Shown here: one piece after another, positions 9,887-17,010 of the stretch | Layout of the letters: each line of letters starts with the position of its first letter | Numbering within the stretch: the stretch's first letter is position 1 | Origin: an uncultured Alphaproteobacteria bacterium | Lineage (GTDB): Bacteria > Pseudomonadota > Alphaproteobacteria > HIMB59 > GCA-002718135 | Direction: 5' to 3' | DNA: 64,000 nucleotides | Assembly (NCBI GenBank): GCA_902610845.1 | Contig: CACLXJ010000002.1 | Span: forward strand, 18,767 to 82,766 | Translations under genes and position numbers: made by a program | The notes under the pieces: generated by a model | Databases searched by the model: none | The model's input: the letters and a program-made list of their open reading frames with translations, nothing else | What the model was told of the DNA's origin: nothing

Positions 9887-10333
9887 TTAATTGATTTGAA
9901 TTTCAACATCTTTTGATAGGGAATTAGCAATAAAACAATACTTATGTGATCTCTCTTTCATCTTTTTCATTTCTTCATCAGAAATAGTAAAATTATCTTC
10001 AAATACTATAGCTGGATTTAGCTCTATTTTATTGACGTACATTCTTCCCTCTGTATTTTTTCCTAAATACGATATTGCTTTATCTTTGTAATTAATAATT
10101 GGCCATTTCATTTTTGCAGCTAAAGCTAAAAATGTCATCATAAAACAACTACTTACAGCTGCAGCGAGTTTTTGCTCTGGATTAATATTAGTTTCGCTTC
10201 CTCCATAATCTGGAGATGATCCCGCATCAATAGATACATTTTCGTTAAGCATTACTGTGTGATCAGTTAAGTATTTTCCAAATTCGAGTTTTTGATCTCC
10301 TAATTCCCACTTTATTTCGATTGAATGACTCAT
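9887..10333 (-). CDS. OsmC/Ohr family protein (thiol peroxidase-like)
   Basis: ORF track gives 164 aa. I prefer the start at MSHSIEIKW (10333), which leaves a 1-nt gap to the upstream stop. Two family-typical Cys (SSCFMM, KYCFIA). Confidence 0.8.
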   Translation of the reverse strand: MSHSIEIKWELGDQKLEFGKYLTDHTVMLNENVSIDAGSSPDYGGSETNINPEQKLAAAVSSCFMMTFLALAAKMKWPIINYKDKAISYLGKNTEGRMYVNKIELNPAIVFEDNFTISDEEMKKMKERSHKYCFIANSLSKDVEIQIN

Positions 10334-10334
10334 T

Positions 10335-11456
10335 TTAAGAATAATTAAAAGGTAGTGAGCACACTTTACCTTTTCTCTCAATATTGTCTGGTGTTAATAC
10401 GATAACATCCTGCCCATCATTCCAATAATCTCTATCAACCATTGATAGCCCAATATTGGTTTTTAAAAATGGTGAATAAATACCAGAGGTGATATTACCA
10501 ATTTGAAATCTATTTTTTGAGTATACAGGAAAAGGTATTGTGCATGGAGGAGTCGGGAACCCATCAAAAGTAATTCCTTTTATTTTTTTTTCTATTCCCT
10601 TTTTTAATATTTTTTTTAGTGCATTTTTTCCAATGAAATCATGAGATAAATTTTTACAATAATTATCAAATCCACATTCAATTGGATTATTTTCTAAAGT
10701 AAATTCATTACCATAGGACAATAAACCACCTTCTATTCTATCAATTAAATTTGGACATCCAGGTGAAATATTAAAATCCTTTCCTGTTTCCCATATTGTT
10801 TCCCAAAGTTTTTTTCCTAAACCAAAACCTTTCAGATAAATCTCAAAACCATCTTGTTTGCTATAACCTGATCTTGCAATTATCTGTTTTGTTCCTTCAA
10901 ATTCAAAAAAAGAAAAATGAAAGAATTTTAATTTTTTAATTTTTTGACCAAATATAGAAGACATTAATTCTTCAGATTTTGGCCCTTGAATTGCTAAGGG
11001 GTAAACATCAGGCTCAATAATATTAACTTTAAAATTTCTTCCTACCGCTAATCCTTTTGCCCATAGTAGAACATCTGAATCTGCAACTGATAGCCAATAT
11101 TTATTTTCACTTAATTTTAAAAGAACAGGATCATTAATCATCCCTGCATTTTCATCTATCATTGGATAATAATAACACTTACCAATTGGCATGTGCTTAA
11201 TAGATCTAGGCGACATAAGCTCAACTAATTTTTCAGAATCAACCCCTTCTATTTGAACTTGCCTTTGACAAGATACATCCCATATCTGCGCATTTTGAGA
11301 TAAGTGCCAATAATCTTCTTCTACTGTTGCTTTATATGATTTTGGAAGAAGCATATGATTTACAACGGTAAAACCACTTACACCAGCTTCAATTACTTTT
11401 TCTGTATAAGGAGTTCTCCTAATACGTCTCGACATGTTTAATCCTGAATTACTCAT
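10335..11456 (-). CDS. GcvT-family THF-dependent aminomethyltransferase, DMSP demethylase (DmdA)-like
   Basis: About 373 aa from MSNSGLNMSRRIRRTPYT. The SRRIRRTP, NHMLLP, WDVSCQRQV, EPDVYPLAIQGP, ARSGYSKQDGFEIY and GLLSYGNE segments match what I remember of the DmdA clade. The family call is firm; the DmdA assignment is tentative. Confidence 0.8.
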   Translation of the reverse strand: MSNSGLNMSRRIRRTPYTEKVIEAGVSGFTVVNHMLLPKSYKATVEEDYWHLSQNAQIWDVSCQRQVQIEGVDSEKLVELMSPRSIKHMPIGKCYYYPMIDENAGMINDPVLLKLSENKYWLSVADSDVLLWAKGLAVGRNFKVNIIEPDVYPLAIQGPKSEELMSSIFGQKIKKLKFFHFSFFEFEGTKQIIARSGYSKQDGFEIYLKGFGLGKKLWETIWETGKDFNISPGCPNLIDRIEGGLLSYGNEFTLENNPIECGFDNYCKNLSHDFIGKNALKKILKKGIEKKIKGITFDGFPTPPCTIPFPVYSKNRFQIGNITSGIYSPFLKTNIGLSMVDRDYWNDGQDVIVLTPDNIERKGKVCSLPFNYS

Positions 11457-11457
11457 T

Positions 11458-11793
11458 TTATTTAGACCACCAAATTGAATAACCATTTGGTGAAATGATT
11501 AATGGTATATGATATTTTCTTTCTGAATCTTTCATTTTAAATTTAACACTTATTGAACTAATTATTTCACTAGTATTTCTAAAATACTTACCAGAATTAA
11601 TTATCATTTCATAATCACTTTCACAATCTTCTTTCGTTAATTCAAATTCTTTAAGCATTCTACCAGAGCTATCTGTTTTATCTTCTAGAAATACAACTTT
11701 GTTATCATTATTTGATTTATAAATTATAATTTCTACATCGCTTGCATGCGTACCATCTATGGAGTTTAGTAAATGTGTAGAAAAAATAGCCAT
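11458..11793 (-). CDS. Transthyretin-like / 5-hydroxyisourate hydrolase family protein with atypical C-terminus
   Basis: 111 aa. STHLLNSIDGTHA N-terminus, TDSSGRM, YHIPLIISPNGYS. Ends IWWSK instead of the usual YRGS. Confidence 0.75.
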   Translation of the reverse strand: MAIFSTHLLNSIDGTHASDVEIIIYKSNNDNKVVFLEDKTDSSGRMLKEFELTKEDCESDYEMIINSGKYFRNTSEIISSISVKFKMKDSERKYHIPLIISPNGYSIWWSK

Positions 11794-11796
11794 AAT

Positions 11797-13539
11797 TTAT
11801 TCTATAGAAGCTTTATCTCTTTTATCGCTGACTGCAGCAACTATTGGACTAATAACACCTTTTGCCTTAACATTAACACATGCAGTTTTACCACTTTCTA
11901 ACGCTCTTTTTAATGCAGGACCTAAATCTTCTCTTTTAGTAACTAATTCTCCATACCCTCCAAAACCTTCAAAAATAGAATGAAATGGAATATCTCTGAA
12001 ATCAGTTGCAAAGTGTTTCCCACTTTCAAATAACCTTTCTTGTTGTTGAGAAATACAGTCAAGACCTCCGTTATTATCTATAACTACAACAATGGGCTTT
12101 TTTTCTTGAAATGCAGCTTCAATTGATAATCCGCCAGATAAAAATGCACCATCTCCACTTATTAAAACAACATTAGATTTAGGATTAAGATTTTTTGCTG
12201 ATACTGCAAAAGGAACTCCAACACCTAACATACTGAAAGTGCCTGGATGTAATATTCCTCCAAGTTTTTTACCTTTTGATCCAGCAATATTAATTGCAAT
12301 CTCGGACCAGAAATGGGTATTACCACCATCAATTACTAACCAATCATTTTCAGTTAATAACTCTTGAACATCTAAAGCTAATTGAAGAGGATGAATTTTT
12401 CCACCATTTTTTTTGGCATCTTCAGTTTCTTCATTTAAGTCATCTAATGTTTTATCAATCCAATTTTTTTTCTCTTTTTTATTCTTATCAAACCATTCAT
12501 CATTTAATTTCCATTTACTGTTTTTCTTTAATTCTATAAGTTTATCCAAAAAGACTCCAGGATCACAAAGTAAGTTAATATCTGCAGCTCTATTCAATTC
12601 TATTTCTTCATGCGATCCATTAATACAAACAAGCTTAGTACTTTTTGGAAAAAGTGGAGGATTGCCAAAATTCATTTGATTATCAAGACGTGCACCAATC
12701 ATAAGAACCAAATCTGTTTCATTGAGGGCCATTTTCGATGGAGGATATTGATGAATATCTGCTAGACCCATGTATGTATCTGCCTCCTCTCCTAAAAGCT
12801 TTTGATGGTATGGTATATTAAATATTGGAATGTTTAATTCAAAGCCAGCTTGCTCTAATTTTTTTTCTGCATTAGACCACCAAACACCATGCCCTCCAAT
12901 AAAAACTGGTTTTTGAGCATTAATTGCTAGATTAAATATTTCATTTAAACTCTCAGGATCGGGCCAAGCTTTGGCTAATGGTTTTTTTTGATGAGTAAAA
13001 GGTCTTTCTTCTAAACCTGCATCATCAGCAAATGATGAAAACATAATATCTACAGGTACACTTAAATGTACTGCTCCTGGATAGCCATTTGTTGCAATTC
13101 TATATGCTCTATCTACAAACTCTCTTATTCTGTTGCCTTCTGTTATACTTGCACTGTATTTTGTTAACGGTGCTGCAATAGATACATCATCTATTTCCTT
13201 AAAACCGCCTGCTCCTTGTCTTTTTAAGCTACTTGATCCAGTTATAAAAATAACAGGTGATCTTTCACCCCAAGCTTCCATCATTGATGGTACTGCATTT
13301 GCAAAACCTTCTGGTCCTACAATGCAAACAGAAGGTTTTCTTAATATTCTAGTATGGCCATCAGCTAAATGACCAGCAATTTGTTCATGAGGACAATTAA
13401 TTACATTAATTTGACACTCCATAAATCCTTCAAGTGCTGGGTTACAAAAACCTCCAGAAAGCGTAAAAACATTATCAATACCTTTGTCTCTAAGAGCTCT
13501 TGCAACTAATGCCCCACCTCTAATCTTTTTGTCTCCCAT
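11797..13539 (-). CDS. Thiamine-diphosphate-dependent enzyme (acetolactate synthase / oxalyl-CoA decarboxylase / 2-hydroxyacyl-CoA lyase superfamily)
   Basis: 580 aa. Catalytic Glu region CPHEQIAGHLADGH; ThDP-binding motif GDGAFLSGGLSIEAAFQEKKPIVVVIDNNGG. Confidence 0.85.
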   Translation of the reverse strand: MGDKKIRGGALVARALRDKGIDNVFTLSGGFCNPALEGFMECQINVINCPHEQIAGHLADGHTRILRKPSVCIVGPEGFANAVPSMMEAWGERSPVIFITGSSSLKRQGAGGFKEIDDVSIAAPLTKYSASITEGNRIREFVDRAYRIATNGYPGAVHLSVPVDIMFSSFADDAGLEERPFTHQKKPLAKAWPDPESLNEIFNLAINAQKPVFIGGHGVWWSNAEKKLEQAGFELNIPIFNIPYHQKLLGEEADTYMGLADIHQYPPSKMALNETDLVLMIGARLDNQMNFGNPPLFPKSTKLVCINGSHEEIELNRAADINLLCDPGVFLDKLIELKKNSKWKLNDEWFDKNKKEKKNWIDKTLDDLNEETEDAKKNGGKIHPLQLALDVQELLTENDWLVIDGGNTHFWSEIAINIAGSKGKKLGGILHPGTFSMLGVGVPFAVSAKNLNPKSNVVLISGDGAFLSGGLSIEAAFQEKKPIVVVIDNNGGLDCISQQQERLFESGKHFATDFRDIPFHSIFEGFGGYGELVTKREDLGPALKRALESGKTACVNVKAKGVISPIVAAVSDKRDKASIE

Positions 13540-13540
13540 C

Positions 13541-14704
13541 TTAATACTTTATATCCTTAAAAAATTTCTCTGCTATAATTTTTTTATCAACTTCATTTAT
13601 ATCGGTTAATCCTACTAAGCCAAGATTTGTACTTAACTCCTCTTTAATTAAGTTTATAATTCTTCGAAGACCTCTTGAACCATCTGCGCCAATGGCATAC
13701 ATTAGAGGTCTGCCAAACATAACAAAATCAGCTCCCAGAGCTAATGCACGTAAAATATCACTACCACTTCTAATACCACTATCAAAAAGTATTGGAAAAT
13801 CGTCTCCCAAAGATTTTCGAATTAATGGTAAAGCATTAATAGAAGCAGTAGCACTATCTAATTGCCTACCACCATGATTAGATACTTGAATTGCATCAGC
13901 ACCAGCTTCTTTAATTTTTAAAGCATCTTCAGAATTCATTACACCTTTGATTATTAATTTTCCTTTCCATGTGTCTCTAACCCTTTTTAGAGTATTCCAA
14001 TCAGTTGCTCCTCTACTTTCTTTTCGTCGAAAAATTTGATCACCACTTTTAGAAGTAACATAATTCATTGGTTTTGGTGCTCCTTTAAATAAAGTTGTTA
14101 AACTCCATTGAGGATGAAGTGCAAAATCTAAAAATTGTTTTGGACCTATTTTAAATGGATAGCCAAAACCATTTCTGTCGTCTCTTGCTCTTCTTGAAAG
14201 AATAGGCACATCAACAGTAAGAATTAAAACTTTGTATCCAATATTTTCTGCTCTTTTTAATAATTCCATAATAAATTCTTCACTTTGAAAAATATATATT
14301 TGCATCCATGAATGACCTTTTGAAAAAGTAAACATATCTTCAAGTGTAGTACTGGAAGCCATTGAAACACAGGTTGGAACATTATTATGAGCACTTTCTT
14401 TAGCTATCATTTTATCTGCTTCAGGCCATGAAAGATTTGTCATTCCCATTGGAGCAAATCCAAATGGATAATTAAAATCAAAATCAAATATTTTTTTATT
14501 TAATTTTCTATTTTCAACATTTCTAAAAACCTTTGGCTCTAATCTAATTTGATCTAAAGCTGTACTATTAATTTCAGCAAGTTTATCATCTCCAGATGCT
14601 CCATCAATAAAATCAAAGACTAATTTAGGTAATCGTCTTTTAGATAATTTTATTGCATCATCAATTGTATGAATTTTAGTACTAGGTTTAATAAAATCAT
14701 TCAT
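13541..14704 (-). CDS. FMN-dependent alpha-hydroxy-acid oxidase/dehydrogenase (LldD/glycolate oxidase family)
   Basis: 387 aa. Classic VSNHGGRQLD motif and DSGIRSGSDI FMN-phosphate segment. Confidence 0.85.
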   Translation of the reverse strand: MNDFIKPSTKIHTIDDAIKLSKRRLPKLVFDFIDGASGDDKLAEINSTALDQIRLEPKVFRNVENRKLNKKIFDFDFNYPFGFAPMGMTNLSWPEADKMIAKESAHNNVPTCVSMASSTTLEDMFTFSKGHSWMQIYIFQSEEFIMELLKRAENIGYKVLILTVDVPILSRRARDDRNGFGYPFKIGPKQFLDFALHPQWSLTTLFKGAPKPMNYVTSKSGDQIFRRKESRGATDWNTLKRVRDTWKGKLIIKGVMNSEDALKIKEAGADAIQVSNHGGRQLDSATASINALPLIRKSLGDDFPILFDSGIRSGSDILRALALGADFVMFGRPLMYAIGADGSRGLRRIINLIKEELSTNLGLVGLTDINEVDKKIIAEKFFKDIKY

Positions 14705-14752
14705 TTTAATATTTGTAATCTAATACAATTTATAATTCTATTATAAAATATA

Positions 14753-15982
14753 TTAGTTTTTTGAAACACCCTTCCAAGGTATTGGAGAAGATGGAATGTC
14801 TTGTTTTATACCTCTTTGTATTTCACCTTTCTCGTCATACATTGGTAATGTGCAAATTTCTCCTTTATGGATCTTACCATCATCACAATTGATATCTACT
14901 ATTGTGCCAGGACCATATTCTTTACCATCCATGTGAACTATAGCAACACCACAAACTTGGAATGGTGACCATGTACTTGAAGTGACTATTCCAACTTTTT
15001 TATTATCAATTAAAATTTCAGAGTCAACTAATGCAAAGCTATTTTCAACTCTCATTCCCCAAGTCAAGCAGTCTTTGTTTGAATTAAGTAAAAATTCTCT
15101 TCCAATAAAATCTCCTTTAGTAAAATCAATAAACTTTCCAAGCCCAACAGAAAATGGACTTCTTTCATTTGTAAAATCTCTTCCTGCAGATAAAAGACCA
15201 GCTTCAATTCTCCTACATCTAAATCCAGGAGAAGCCGTTAAAATCATTCCCATTTCCTTTCCCTTACTTAGAATTAAATCTCCTATTTTTTTTGCATTAT
15301 TATTTGGTCTTAAATAAAGTTCCCAGCCTAATTCATTTGTAAAACCTGTTCTGCTAACTATTACTTTTTCTGAAGCTATTGAAGTTTCAATCCAATCAAA
15401 ATAATTAAATTTTTCTTTTATTGGATAATCAACTAATGCATTTAACAGTTTTAAAGATTTGGGACCTTGTATCTGACTCACCCAAACATCAGGATCTGAT
15501 ATTTGAACATCTAAATTTTTTGAATGAGCTTTATACCAACTATATAAATGTCCATCACCTTGCGCAAACCAAAATTTATTTTCATTTAATTTTAATAATA
15601 ATCCGTCAGAAATCATTCCACCATCATGATAACATGCAAATTGATATGAGCATCTTCCAGTTTTAACTTTTGAAATATCTCTAGGGAAGATTTGTTGTAG
15701 TAAATTTTTAGCATCTGGACCAGAAATTTCATATGGATGTTCACCTGTATGTCTCAAAATTATTTCTTGTCTTGCTTTCCAATACATTTCATCAGCTGTG
15801 GCATGAGATAATTTTTCGAGTGTAAATCTTCCGTCAGCATAATTGGTATATTCAGGATTTAAAGGTATTTCTTGGTAAGTTAATGGATGAATTTTCATTG
15901 GTCTCGCCAAATCGAGAGATCTACCATTTTCTTTAATTACTGGTTTAACAACAAATCTAAAATTATTTATTAAATTATCCAT
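14753..15982 (-). CDS. GcvT-family aminomethyltransferase/demethylase, substrate unknown
   Basis: 409 aa. Folate-binding GcvT-type core (DVWVSQIQGPKS, SRTGFTNELGWELY, AGLLSAGRD). Distinct N-terminus from the DmdA-like paralog. Confidence 0.75.
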   Translation of the reverse strand: MDNLINNFRFVVKPVIKENGRSLDLARPMKIHPLTYQEIPLNPEYTNYADGRFTLEKLSHATADEMYWKARQEIILRHTGEHPYEISGPDAKNLLQQIFPRDISKVKTGRCSYQFACYHDGGMISDGLLLKLNENKFWFAQGDGHLYSWYKAHSKNLDVQISDPDVWVSQIQGPKSLKLLNALVDYPIKEKFNYFDWIETSIASEKVIVSRTGFTNELGWELYLRPNNNAKKIGDLILSKGKEMGMILTASPGFRCRRIEAGLLSAGRDFTNERSPFSVGLGKFIDFTKGDFIGREFLLNSNKDCLTWGMRVENSFALVDSEILIDNKKVGIVTSSTWSPFQVCGVAIVHMDGKEYGPGTIVDINCDDGKIHKGEICTLPMYDEKGEIQRGIKQDIPSSPIPWKGVSKN

Positions 15983-16024
15983 AAAAATAAAGTCTGATTA
16001 ACATAAAATATATAAAATAAAATT

Positions 16025-16948
16025 TTAAAATAAGTCTTTTATAGCTTCAATATGTCGTGGTTTAACCTCACAACATCCACCAATTAATGTAGCTCCACTT
16101 TTAAAAGTAGAAGAAACGAAATTTTTATATTTATCAATTGTATATTCTTCTTTTCTTGTCCCAAGTAATTCTATTGGGTTAAGGTATTCAGCTTGTCCTT
16201 CAAAACCATCCGGTTCAAAATTCTCTTCATGACTTGTAGGTAATTTTTTAAATAAATTCATTTTGTATCCAAATGGAAGTTTTTGTTTCTCCAAAAATGG
16301 TAAACTTTTTTCAACAATTTCAGGTGATACACAGGCAGAAACTATACCACAACAATCGTATTGATTAATTATTTCAAATAATTGATTTAGTGTTTCACCC
16401 GATGGAAGTTTAGCATCATAGCGTAAATGAACTCCTATTAGAGCTTTTTTATTAAAACTTTTAATTGCTTCAAGAGCAATTTGTATTTCTTTAATTGAAC
16501 TCAAAACGTCTAAATAAAAAATATCAACATATTCGTTAAGATTTTTAGCAACATTATAAAAATCCTGATGCATAATCTGATCAGTTTCTAATTGTAAAGG
16601 TGAATAAGTATTACTTTGATTTGGTAACGAACCAGCAACTATAATTTTTTTATCAAATTCATCTGCAGATTTTCTTGCAATTTGCCCTGCAGATTTTATG
16701 GCATAATCTAATGAGTTATTTAAATTATATTTCCCCAAAAGTCTTCTTCTAGCACTGAAATTTGCTGTAACAATTATTTCGGAACCAGCTTTTATAAAAT
16801 TTTTGTGCATTTCTAGAACCATAGAATGATAACTTTTATCTAAAAGTGCTTGGGCAGACCAAAGATCTCCACTTGTTTGTAATCCCATTTCAAGAAGGGT
16901 TTGTCCAGAACCTCCATCAAGGATATATTTTTTATTTTTATGAAACAA
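16025..16948 (-). CDS. Homocysteine S-methyltransferase family protein (BHMT-like)
   Basis: 307 aa. N-terminal LDGGSGQTL, zinc Cys positions (SACV ... GGCCEVKPRHIEAI). Confidence 0.8.
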   Translation of the reverse strand: MFHKNKKYILDGGSGQTLLEMGLQTSGDLWSAQALLDKSYHSMVLEMHKNFIKAGSEIIVTANFSARRRLLGKYNLNNSLDYAIKSAGQIARKSADEFDKKIIVAGSLPNQSNTYSPLQLETDQIMHQDFYNVAKNLNEYVDIFYLDVLSSIKEIQIALEAIKSFNKKALIGVHLRYDAKLPSGETLNQLFEIINQYDCCGIVSACVSPEIVEKSLPFLEKQKLPFGYKMNLFKKLPTSHEENFEPDGFEGQAEYLNPIELLGTRKEEYTIDKYKNFVSSTFKSGATLIGGCCEVKPRHIEAIKDLF

Positions 16949-16968
16949 TTTAAGAGACAGTAATTTTC

Positions 16969-16994
16969 AATGGCGCATTTAAATATGCGCCATT
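16969..16994 (-). terminator. Perfect 10-bp hairpin between binding-protein gene and BHMT-like gene (attenuator or mRNA-stabilising 3' structure; no U-tract)
   Basis: AATGGCGCAT-TTAAAT-ATGCGCCATT read directly. It lies 16 nt after the binding-protein stop, and its GC-rich core stands out in AT-rich DNA. Confidence 0.5.
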
Positions 16995-17010
16995 GAATAA
17001 ATTTATATTT

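Noticed and set aside
9887-10381. N-terminal extensions in the ORF track. They affect OsmC (to 10381), the DmdA-like gene (to 11486), the binding protein (to 18735), aguB (from 31652), the PotC-like gene (from 35551), dksA (to 55853) and ParA (from 40114).
   Set aside because: The extensions overlap the preceding gene and add non-homologous residues. Internal Met codons give 0-4-nt junctions, proper signal peptides or RBSs, so I used the shorter coordinates.
11797-13539. Naming the ThDP enzyme as acetolactate synthase or as glyoxylate carboligase, the latter making a glycolate -> glyoxylate -> tartronate semialdehyde pair with the FMN oxidase.
   Set aside because: No small regulatory subunit or ilv genes are nearby. 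Glyoxylate carboligase is known for lacking the canonical catalytic Glu, whereas this protein keeps it (PHEQIAGH). I left it at superfamily level.
16949-17010. A possible SAM-type riboswitch upstream of the BHMT-like gene. SAM-responsive RNAs are reported near methionine and C1 genes in this kind of organism.
   Set aside because: The spacer is only 62 nt and is almost entirely occupied by one simple perfect hairpin. I cannot see a pseudoknot-capable second element, so the evidence is insufficient.
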